12,772 nucleotides of DNA from a virus. Lineage: Duplodnaviria; Heunggongvirae; Uroviricota; Caudoviricetes. Under the pieces are notes generated by a model. The model had not been told where the DNA came from, made no database searches, and was given only the letters and a program-made list of their open reading frames with translations. The stretch lies in IMG/VR virus record IMGVR_UViG_2531839178_000014. One strand, given 5' to 3'. Of the stretch, positions 1-6,452 are shown piece after piece (position 1 is the first letter of the stretch; every line of letters begins with the position of its first letter). The translations under genes were made by a program, and so were the position numbers.

Positions 1-155
1 AGCAGAGCGTTCTGGCAACGTCGCTGACACGGTCGCCCCCGGTGCAGCATCAGCATGGCAGTCAGTCTGCGGGCATAATTTTTATCGTGTGTTTTATGGA
101 TGGCTTTCTGCATCAGGCGTCGTTCGTCACGGGAAATTGGTGCTATGATCGGCAT
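1..155 (-). CDS. IS630-family-like transposase, N-terminal part (MPIIAPISRDERRLMQKAIHKTHDKNYARRLTAMLMLHRG...); ORF runs off the window start
   Basis: Minus-strand ATG at 155-153 with an open frame to position 1. The N-terminus resembles Tc1/IS630-type transposases as I recall them. The element end abuts a CTAG site inside IS2 at 256/257. Confidence 0.5.
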   Translation of the reverse strand, partial: MPIIAPISRDERRLMQKAIHKTHDKNYARRLTAMLMLHRGRPCQRRCQNAL

Positions 156-256
156 TGCTCAGTCCGGTTGGTGATTTGTTTTGATTTGGCGATTGTTCAG
201 ATCGCACAATCCGGGCTAAGTTCCCTCAAAGTGATCTACTATTCCGCGCAGCTATT

Positions 257-332
257 TAGTCTAAAAACTAGTATTAAGACTATCACTTATTTAAGTGATA
301 CTGGTTGTCTGGAGATTCAGGGGGCCAGTCTA
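257..332 (-). mobile_element. IS2 left-end fragment (IRL plus about 76 bp), internally truncated by the IS630-like insertion
   Basis: Reverse complement is identical to the first 76 bp of the IS2 copy starting at 12339 (TAGACTGGCCCCCTGAATCTCCAGACAACCAG...TTTTTAGACTA). Identity is lost exactly after GACTA. Confidence 0.8.
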
Positions 333-349
333 GGGGATAAATTAGCCAT
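333..349 (-). pseudogene. 5' stub of a gene (SD GGAGGAA, ATG at 349, codons M-A-N-L-S-P) severed by the IS2 end
   Basis: Minus strand reads ...cagcGGAGGAAttaacTGATGgctaatttatcccc, then the IS2 IRL begins. The start overlaps the native stop of the upstream 113-aa ORF (TGATG). Confidence 0.4.
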
Positions 350-415
350 CAGTTAATTCCTCCGCTGATATATGAGGTGTACTGGCAATAGCGGACACTA
401 CCATTTGTTCTTTTT

Positions 416-1234
416 TTAAGCAGCCATCTGATGATATTTTTCCCTGAAGGCTGCCGGGGAGATATTCCCCAGACGAGAGTGACGACGCTGACGATTGTAG
501 AAAATCTCAATGTATTCCCGTATTACTGAGATGGCTTCATCCCGGTTATTAAAACGATAGTGGCTCAGGCTCTCATTTTTCAGCGTTCCCCAGAAGCTTT
601 CCATCGGAGCGTTGTCGTAACTGTTACCTTTACGCGACATTGATGTTTTCAGACCAAACTGCTCCTGTATGACCCGGTAATCGTATGCGCAGTACTGTGA
701 ACCTCGATCAGAGTGGTGGATTAGCCCGGCAGGTGGGCGCTGGCTCCTGAGCGCCATAAACAGGGCTTTACCTGTCAGCTCTTTTGTCATGCGCTCTCCC
801 ATGGCGTAGCCGACAATTTCGCACGTATAAACATCTTTGATGCCAGCGAGGTACAACCATCCCTCCTGTGTGGCAACATACGTCAGGTCCGCCACCCAGA
901 CCTGATTTGGTGCTGTAGGAGCGAACGTCTGGTTCAGCAGATTTGGCGCAACTGGCAGATTGTGGTTCGGGTTCGTAGTCGCTCTGAACTTGCGTTTCTG
1001 CTTACAGCGTAGCCTTAGCTCCTTACGAAGACGTGCCAGTCGGTCACGACCAACGATGATGCCATTCTCTGCCAGCTCCGTCTGGAGCCGCCGGGTTCCA
1101 TATGTTTCGCGAGTGCGGATATGTGCCACCTTAATCTCCAGTTTTAGCCGCTCATCACTTTGTTTTCTGTCTGAGGGTTCATGCTGTACCCAGTTGTAAT
1201 AACCGCTCCTGGATACACCAAATACCTGACACAT
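416..1234 (-). CDS. IS3-family transposase OrfB segment (DDE integrase-like catalytic region), IS911-like
   Basis: 272-aa ORF with typical IS3-family OrfB features (ADLTYV..., HSDRGSQY..., YDNAPMESFWGTLK...). The orfB frame upstream of the Met is closed by a TGA at 1283-1285. Confidence 0.85.
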   Translation of the reverse strand: MCQVFGVSRSGYYNWVQHEPSDRKQSDERLKLEIKVAHIRTRETYGTRRLQTELAENGIIVGRDRLARLRKELRLRCKQKRKFRATTNPNHNLPVAPNLLNQTFAPTAPNQVWVADLTYVATQEGWLYLAGIKDVYTCEIVGYAMGERMTKELTGKALFMALRSQRPPAGLIHHSDRGSQYCAYDYRVIQEQFGLKTSMSRKGNSYDNAPMESFWGTLKNESLSHYRFNNRDEAISVIREYIEIFYNRQRRHSRLGNISPAAFREKYHQMAA

Positions 1235-1310
1235 CGCTTCAATGGGAAATTGTTGTCGCCATTGTTCGATTAACGCGTATTTTCAGCGACTCCTGTGCAA
1301 AATACGCTGT

Positions 1311-2531
1311 TGTAGATTCAATCTGTCAATGCAACACCCCTTTCAATTATCTCTTTCGGTGTTTTGAACTTCAGTGTCTTTCTCGGTCTGTTGTTTAGCT
1401 GAGCAGCAACCAGATCTAGTTCATGTTGAGTATATTGGGCAAGACATGTCTTTTTAGGAAAGTACTGCCGAATTAGCCCATTTGTGTTCTCATTTGTTCC
1501 CCGCTGCCAAGGACTCTGAGGATCGCAGAAGTAAACTTTAACGCCGGTGCTGACAGTAAATTCTAGATGTCTGGCCAGTTCCATTCCTCTGTCCCATGTC
1601 AGTGATTTTCTGAGTTCTGACGGTAAACTCAGGAATTTGTCGGTAAGAGCCTGATTTACTGAGACAGAATCTTTGCCCCTGAGTCTAAGGATGATCGTAT
1701 AACGTGATTTTCGGTCTACAAGTGTGGCTATATGAGAGTTTTTTGTACCTGAGACTAAATCGCCCTCCCAATGCCCCAGAGAGCGTCTGTTATCGATATT
1801 TCGGGAACGTTCGTGAATTGGTGTTCCGTTCACTATGTTAATCGTACCTCTTTCGCCTTTGCGGGTATGACGCCTGCCATGGCGAAGGCTATGCGACCGT
1901 CGCAGATGCTGTATATTCAGGTGGTGTAGCGCTTCACGGCTACGAAAGTACAGCGTTTTATAAATTGTCTCAGGTGATATTCGCAGCGTTTTTTGACGTG
2001 GTTTTGTTCGCCTTAACCATCCTGATATTTGCTCTGGAGACCATTTCATCTCCAGCTTTTCCAGAACAAGCTTTCGCAATGGTAAATTTTGATCCAGTAA
2101 GCACGGTTTTGGCCTTTTCGCCATTCTGTTGGCTCGGTTATTAGCATCAACAGCTTTGTAATAGCGTCTGCCCCGATTACGCTGAACTTCACGTGAGATC
2201 GTCGAAGGACTGCGATTCAGCGCAGTAGCTATCGCACGAATGCTCATTTTGGCTGACAAACCAGCTCGTATCTCCTCGCGCTCAGACAGTGTCAGGTGAG
2301 CTACAGCCCGCTTACGCTCATGGGGTTTTATGCCGCCAGTATCCCTTAACATAGTGAAGATCGTTCCGGGTTTTGAACCCAGGATATTCGCTATTTCACT
2401 GAAGCCTGTTCCGTTCTTCCATAGTTCAAAAACAGAGGCTTTTTCCTCTGCTGTAAATGTTCGTCTCATTCAAAAAACCTCCGCGACCCCATGTTTTCAC
2501 ATAACTGTTGCGTTGACCAATTGAATCTACA
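1311..2531 (-). mobile_element. IS30, copy 1 (1221 bp), inserted in the IS911-like element; 2-bp direct repeat GT
   Basis: Terminal inverted repeats TGTAGATTCAAT... at both ends. GT at 1309-1310 and 2532-2533. Encodes a 383-aa transposase. Confidence 0.9.
1318..2469 (-). CDS. insI: IS30 transposase
   Basis: 383-aa ORF, identical to the second copy at 10006-11157. Sequence and length match the IS30 transposase as I recall it; N-terminal HTH and C-terminal DDE region. Confidence 0.9.
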   Translation of the reverse strand: MRRTFTAEEKASVFELWKNGTGFSEIANILGSKPGTIFTMLRDTGGIKPHERKRAVAHLTLSEREEIRAGLSAKMSIRAIATALNRSPSTISREVQRNRGRRYYKAVDANNRANRMAKRPKPCLLDQNLPLRKLVLEKLEMKWSPEQISGWLRRTKPRQKTLRISPETIYKTLYFRSREALHHLNIQHLRRSHSLRHGRRHTRKGERGTINIVNGTPIHERSRNIDNRRSLGHWEGDLVSGTKNSHIATLVDRKSRYTIILRLRGKDSVSVNQALTDKFLSLPSELRKSLTWDRGMELARHLEFTVSTGVKVYFCDPQSPWQRGTNENTNGLIRQYFPKKTCLAQYTQHELDLVAAQLNNRPRKTLKFKTPKEIIERGVALTD

Positions 2532-2794
2532 GTTGCTTTTTTTAATATATCTCGCTCAAGGCGAGCTTCATTTAACGCCTTACGCAGTTGCAGAATTTCA
2601 GATTCCAGTTCAGCCACCGTGCGGGAGCCAGGAGTACCGAGCCCTTTTCTGGCGGCGGTAACCCATTGTCCTAAAGTGCCTTCAGGAAGGGATAATCGGG
2701 AAGCGCCTTCACTGATCGAAAGTTGATTTTCAAGAACCGTTCTGACAGCTTCGGCTTTGAACTCTTTAGAGTAACGTTGGGTTTTTCTGCTCAT
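2532..2794 (-). pseudogene. IS911-like OrfA (MSRKTQRYSKEFKAEAV...DILKKAT), interrupted by IS30 just after the A-run; ORF reads on into the IS30 end (to 2426)
   Basis: ATG at 2794 lies 64 bp inside the IS end. HTH and leucine-zipper-like OrfA. The same segment is present in three copies in the window. Confidence 0.8.
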
Positions 2795-2855
2795 TATTAG
2801 CTCCTTCTGATGCCATTCTATTTCAGGAAGGAGTGTCCGTTAAACTCAGGCTACC

Positions 2856-3197
2856 TCAATATTTTTCTTTCGCGTAATCAATAACCTCTTGTAAAAGGTT
2901 GTCTATAATTAACTTTCCGGTTTCAGCCTGGTATTCAGTATGTTGATTAATCCCGATAGCATTCTGGTATGCAGTGCGGATTTCGGTTTCACCCTCCACT
3001 CGGCCCAATTCACCACGGGTAATACCTTCAAAGCGTAACAGCAACTGGTTTATAAACTGTTCTGTTATTTCTATGGTCGTAATGTTCCCATCCAGAAGGT
3101 CAACAATAAGCAGATCACCACCTGTTTTACGTTTTATTCGATGGAGTGCCGCAACAGCTATACGGCGACGATATGTATTAATGGGTTCATGTGTCAT
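2856..3197 (-). CDS. hypothetical protein, 113 aa as found; last about 6 native codons removed by the IS insertion
   Basis: ORF whose stop codon TGA is supplied by the IS terminus. Rejoining the flanks at the ATA duplication restores ...YAKEKYISGGIN*. In frame with the 37-aa ORF upstream. Confidence 0.6.
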   Translation of the reverse strand: MTHEPINTYRRRIAVAALHRIKRKTGGDLLIVDLLDGNITTIEITEQFINQLLLRFEGITRGELGRVEGETEIRTAYQNAIGINQHTEYQAETGKLIIDNLLQEVIDYAKEKY

Positions 3198-3200
3198 TTG

Positions 3201-3314
3201 TTATTTCCCGTATGCTTTACGCAGAAATAAGCAGGCAATATGCATGTAATTTTCACCGTATTGTGCAATAAGGCTGGCGGTCTTGTGTGATGCCATATTC
3301 TTTATAAAAGTCAT
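3201..3314 (-). CDS. small ORF, 37 aa (MTFIKNMASHKTASLIAQYGENYMHIACLFLRKAYGK), strong SD; in frame with the downstream 113-aa ORF across a single TAA
   Basis: AGGAGG sits 7 nt upstream of ATG 3314. Not in the supplied track (below the length cut-off). Checked codon by codon. Confidence 0.4.
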   Translation of the reverse strand: MTFIKNMASHKTASLIAQYGENYMHIACLFLRKAYGK

Positions 3315-3392
3315 AATAAAGCCTCCTGTGGATTAAGGTTGTAACAATCCCCAGCGATAAAACCGCAATAAACGTTCAGGGCATATTTGTTG

Positions 3393-3758
3393 TTATTGCG
3401 CTAATTCTTTTTCAACAGCGGCTTTTGCATATTCACATGCAAAATTCAGAATTTCACTGCCAAGTGTTTTTGTTTCGTTATTACTGGACGTATGTAACAC
3501 CTGTGTTGCATGCAATAAATGATAAACATTTACCGCAAATGAATCAGGCTCCAGACAAATGCCTTCGTAATTATCTTGCTGTGAGGTTGTTTCTGTCATT
3601 GCTCCTGAAGTGCATGCGAGCCTGTTTTTGACAATTCTCTTTCCTCTAATCACTATATCGGCAACATCTATTGCCTTTACAACCTCCGGGAGAAGTTCCT
3701 GGTTTGTATAATCAAAGTTATCAACATGGAGAACAGTTATGTTTTCGAACTTTTTCAT
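3393..3758 (-). CDS. hypothetical protein, 121 aa, no recognisable domain
   Basis: ORF with SD GAGGAA upstream of ATG 3758. Same strand and operon position as the repressor genes. Confidence 0.6.
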   Translation of the reverse strand: MKKFENITVLHVDNFDYTNQELLPEVVKAIDVADIVIRGKRIVKNRLACTSGAMTETTSQQDNYEGICLEPDSFAVNVYHLLHATQVLHTSSNNETKTLGSEILNFACEYAKAAVEKELAQ

Positions 3759-3796
3759 GGCTTCCTCAGCTGACTTATATGTTCTGCTATATAGCG

Positions 3797-3825
3797 AGTC
3801 TCAGAAGTGTTTTCATATTGAGACT
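3797..3825. promoter_or_regulatory. inverted repeat AGTCTCA-N15-TGAGACT between the HTH gene and the 121-aa ORF
   Basis: 7-bp perfect arms seen directly. No T-tract follows, so more likely an operator or RNA structure than a terminator. Confidence 0.3.
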
Positions 3826-3886
3826 GTTTCCGCAATGATTGATAAAAATGTTCGCATGTACCTTGAGGGGCGAAGCGGCGATTATG

Positions 3887-4390
3887 TCACCATTGGTATT
3901 GGTTCTTCCGTAGAAGAGCTTCGCGAGATAAGGAGCAAACTTGTTGAGATGCGTTATGGTGTTGCTGCTCCTCACTTTTTGGTTGCACCGGAGGAGTAAC
4001 CGCGCCAGTTAACAGCCACATCGGATCGCAGCCAAGAATATTTGCCAGTGGGATAAGCATACTGATAGTTGGTTCATACTCTCCGCTCTCCCACTGGATG
4101 ATGACTTCTTCATCGAGATCGAGCAGCCTGGCGAGTTCGGCGGTTGTTAAGCCGCAGGCTTCGCGTTGGGTGCGAAGACGGTTGTTGATTGCAGAATTTT
4201 TGTTCTGTAAAAGCATTGCTGACGATAGCTTTCTGGATATGCTATTTGTCATATCCCATGCCAGTCCTGCGCATGACTCTATATCGCTAGAGAGCGTAGC
4301 ATCTGGTGTTGCTTTTGCTATTAGTGTAATGAGGCTGCCGAGGTTTTTCAGTTCTTCGAGACAGTCAAGAGTTGTAGCTTTATTGATCAT
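3887..4390 (-). CDS. XRE-family helix-turn-helix DNA-binding protein (167 aa) with an extra N-terminal segment
   Basis: Central HTH_XRE-like segment INNRLRTQREACGLTTAELARLLDLDEEVIIQWESGEYEPTISMLIPLANILG. The 5' end is uncertain (internal Met codons at 4252 and 4216 lack an SD). Confidence 0.65.
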   Translation of the reverse strand: MINKATTLDCLEELKNLGSLITLIAKATPDATLSSDIESCAGLAWDMTNSISRKLSSAMLLQNKNSAINNRLRTQREACGLTTAELARLLDLDEEVIIQWESGEYEPTISMLIPLANILGCDPMWLLTGAVTPPVQPKSEEQQHHNASQQVCSLSREALLRKNQYQW

Positions 4391-4421
4391 GAGATGATAC
4401 CCCAGTTACGAACTTTGTTTC

Positions 4422-4450
4422 ATGGTAACTAAGGCATCAAAGCATGGCAA
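4422..4450 (-). promoter_or_regulatory. candidate sigma70 promoter for the HTH gene (-35 TTGCCA, 17-bp spacer, -10 TACCAT on minus strand)
   Basis: Hexamers read directly from the sequence; a TTGATACTTTGG motif copy lies just upstream at 4458-4469. Confidence 0.3.
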
Positions 4451-4486
4451 GTAGTTTTTGATACTTTGGTTTCTTTTTGTATCTGG

Positions 4487-5143
4487 TCAGAAAATATCCC
4501 ACCTGGCATCAACCACAACACCTACTATTTCGCAATCATTGTCCATTTCTATGATGGGATATTGTGGATTAAGGGGCTTTAGAAACGCCTTCCCCATTTC
4601 AGAAATATATTTTTTGAATGTTGCTTCATTGGTGGATTTTTTTCTGGCGATGACGTAACACCCTGAAAAAACTTCTTTATCTGGATTGACAAGGATCGAC
4701 ATTCCTTCAGGAAATGTTATTCCTATAGGCGAAGTCATTGAGTCTCCGTGTACTTCCAGCCAGAAGCCCCTCTCACCAGCGTATTTTACAGAATGCCTCC
4801 AATTATCCTGATCATACATGTTGTAGTCATCACCTGCAGTTGCGAATAATCCTGCCTGAACCCAGTTAATTACAGGGTAAGAGTGTGCTGTGTCTCTCTG
4901 GGGACAGCTCTTAACATTATTTTCCCAATACTTACCTTTTTCATCTCCGTTCTGAAGCCACTGCGGTGAACACTGCAGTGCCGCTGCGACTTTAAAAAGC
5001 GTGTCACCGTTGAAACTTTTTGTAAGACCTTGCTCGGCTTTACTGATTGCAACTCTGGTGACCCCAGCTTTTTTAGCCAACGCATCTTGCGTTAACCCAG
5101 CTTTTTGTCGTGCGTTGATGAGGCGTTCACCTAAAGATTTCAT
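4487..5143 (-). CDS. CI-like phage repressor: N-terminal XRE HTH plus C-terminal LexA/S24 peptidase domain (218 aa)
   Basis: HTH LGERLINARQKAGLTQDALAKKAGVTRVAISKAEQG; Ala-Gly site (VQAGLFATAG); GDSM serine motif and a downstream Lys (ARKK). SD AAGGAG precedes ATG 5143. Confidence 0.85.
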   Translation of the reverse strand: MKSLGERLINARQKAGLTQDALAKKAGVTRVAISKAEQGLTKSFNGDTLFKVAAALQCSPQWLQNGDEKGKYWENNVKSCPQRDTAHSYPVINWVQAGLFATAGDDYNMYDQDNWRHSVKYAGERGFWLEVHGDSMTSPIGITFPEGMSILVNPDKEVFSGCYVIARKKSTNEATFKKYISEMGKAFLKPLNPQYPIIEMDNDCEIVGVVVDARWDIF

Positions 5144-5189
5144 TTTTCTTCTCCTTTCATGGCTGCTGATACTAAAGTAACAGAATGTC

Positions 5190-5218
5190 TTGATACTTTG
5201 GATTCTCATGTTTAACAT
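5190..5218 (+). promoter_or_regulatory. candidate rightward promoter (-35 TTGATA, 17 bp, -10 TAACAT) in the repressor/Cro-like intergenic region
   Basis: Hexamers read from sequence; overlaps the second TTGATACTTTGG motif copy. Confidence 0.3.
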
Positions 5219-5254
5219 TCTTGGATAACAGAGTATCCGGTGTGAGGCTAAAGA

Positions 5255-5464
5255 ATGACCCTTTATGAAATATTAAAAACTCAATTTAAAACCAATGCCG
5301 CTATTGGCCGCAGGTTCCCAAAGAAAGGAAAGCCTCGTGGTAGTCAGGGAGTTGGAAAGTGGAAAACGCGGGGCGTTCCGGAGGATGTTGCCATTCTCTG
5401 CCATCTGGATCCGAACATTCCATATACACATCCAAGCTTAGCGCACACAGAGGATGAGAAGTGA
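5255..5464 (+). CDS. small basic protein (69 aa) divergent from the repressor; positional Cro analogue
   Basis: ORF with SD GTGAGG 7 nt upstream. Assigned by position only; no clear HTH recognised. Confidence 0.45.
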   Translation: MTLYEILKTQFKTNAAIGRRFPKKGKPRGSQGVGKWKTRGVPEDVAILCHLDPNIPYTHPSLAHTEDEK

Positions 5465-5504
5465 TGGTGGTGATATGAGCGAAAAAATAACTATTAAATA
5501 CGAT

Positions 5505-5527
5505 GGGGCAACAATTTCGATTGCCCC
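5505..5527. terminator. GC-rich hairpin (GGGGCAA-N9-TTGCCCC) between convergent genes, followed on the minus strand by a T-rich stretch
   Basis: 7-bp perfect stem seen directly. It lies 8 nt beyond the native stop of the 97-aa minus-strand gene once the IS is removed in silico. Confidence 0.35.
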
Positions 5528-5597
5528 AATCACATTAGGCTGTGTCCCTTAATCATCTGAGCTATAGTAACTGTCTGTTTACACAACATATTGAACT

Positions 5598-6047
5598 ATG
5601 GCTCGCTACGACCTTCCCGATGAGGCATGGACCATCATCAAGCCCCTGTTACCTCCTGAACCCGCCACACCACGGGCCGGACGCCCATGGGCTGAGCACC
5701 GTAAAATCATCAATGGCATGTTCTGGGTGTTATGTTCCGGTGCACCATGGCGCGATTTACCCGAACGATATGGGTCATGGAAAACTGTTTATAACCGCTT
5801 TAACCGATGGTCAAAGTCAGGCGTGATTAATATTATTTTCAACAGGTTGCTTTCGCTACTTGATGCAAACGGCTTTATTGACTGGTCTGCCACCGCGCTG
5901 GATGGCAGTAATATCCGGGCGCTGAAATGTGCCGCCGGTGCTCAAAAAAACATCCCGATATCGACGGAGATAATGGGCTGGGTCGCTCTCGCGGCGGTTT
6001 TGGCACCAAAATCCATCTGGCAACAGACGGAAGTGGCCTCCCGTTAA
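5598..6047 (+). CDS. IS5-family transposase ORF1 (N-terminal DNA-binding part)
   Basis: 149-aa ORF MARYDLPDEAWTIIKPLLP...WRDLPERYGSWKTVYNRFNRW. Confidence 0.8.
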   Translation: MARYDLPDEAWTIIKPLLPPEPATPRAGRPWAEHRKIINGMFWVLCSGAPWRDLPERYGSWKTVYNRFNRWSKSGVINIIFNRLLSLLDANGFIDWSATALDGSNIRALKCAAGAQKNIPISTEIMGWVALAAVLAPKSIWQQTEVASR

Positions 6048-6442
6048 ATATCGTGCTAAGCCCCGGACAAGCTCATGAAAGCCAGTTCGCGCAACGACTT
6101 CTGGACGGGATTGGCGTTCAGCGTCAGAACGGCAGCATGAAACGCCGTGGACATGCGGTACTGGCTGATAAAGCGTATTCAGGGCGCGCATTGCGCAACG
6201 AGCTGAAAAATAACGGTATAAAGGCAGTAATCCCCCGAAAGTCAAATGAGAAAATGGCATCGGATGGACGTGCACAGCTTGATCGTGATGCGTACTGCAA
6301 TCGTAATGTCGTTGAACGGTGCTTTGGGCGGCTGAAAGAATATCGCCGCATCGCCACGCGTTACGACAAAACGGCGAGAAATTACCTGGCGATGGTGAAA
6401 CTGGGCTGCATCCGACTCTTTTATCAACGCTTACGTAATTAA
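5927..6442 (+). CDS. IS5-family transposase ORF2 (DDE catalytic part), -1 frame relative to ORF1
   Basis: 171-aa ORF ...GGFGTKIHLATDGSGLPLNIVLSPGQAHESQ...; overlaps ORF1 by about 120 nt. Confidence 0.8.
   Translation: MCRRCSKKHPDIDGDNGLGRSRGGFGTKIHLATDGSGLPLNIVLSPGQAHESQFAQRLLDGIGVQRQNGSMKRRGHAVLADKAYSGRALRNELKNNGIKAVIPRKSNEKMASDGRAQLDRDAYCNRNVVERCFGRLKEYRRIATRYDKTARNYLAMVKLGCIRLFYQRLRN
5944..5950 (+). promoter_or_regulatory. A7 slippery run (A AAA AAC in the ORF1 frame), candidate programmed -1 frameshift site fusing ORF1 and ORF2
   Basis: The frames were checked: ORF1 reads GAQKNIP and ORF2 reads CSKKHPDID over the same A-run. Confidence 0.5.
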
Positions 6443-6452
6443 GGGACACAGC

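Larger units (their letters stand above)
373..2858 (-). mobile_element. IS3-family element (IS911-like) carrying an internal IS30 copy; flanked by 3-bp direct repeats ATA
   Basis: Termini TGAGGTGTACTGGCAATAGCGGACAC (373-) and GTGTCCGTTAAACTCAGGCTACCTCA (-2858) are imperfect inverted repeats with TG...CA ends. ATA is present at 370-372 and 2859-2861. OrfA and OrfB lie on the minus strand. Confidence 0.8.

Noticed and set aside
42-356. 104-aa plus-strand ORF
   Set aside because: It runs antisense through the IS630-like transposase start, across the IS630/IS2 junction and through the IS2 IRL. This is a chance open frame over mobile-element ends.
2330-2524. 64-aa ORF antisense within IS30 (and its twin at 9951-10145)
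   Set aside because: Antisense to the IS30 transposase start region; identical in both copies only because the IS is duplicated.
3739-3999. 86-aa plus-strand ORF overlapping the 3' end of the XRE-HTH gene
   Set aside because: No SD, and it overlaps the stronger HTH-encoding frame. I cannot fully exclude it, because the C-terminal tail of the 167-aa HTH protein is low-complexity, so the true HTH stop could be earlier.
4098-4397. 99-aa plus-strand ORF
   Set aside because: Antisense to the HTH domain-coding region; serine/arginine-rich composition typical of a spurious frame.
5542-6449. Additional ORFs inside the IS5-family element (5542-5826 plus; 5856-6449, 6124-6357 and 6242-6427 minus)
   Set aside because: Alternative-frame or antisense to the two transposase ORFs.
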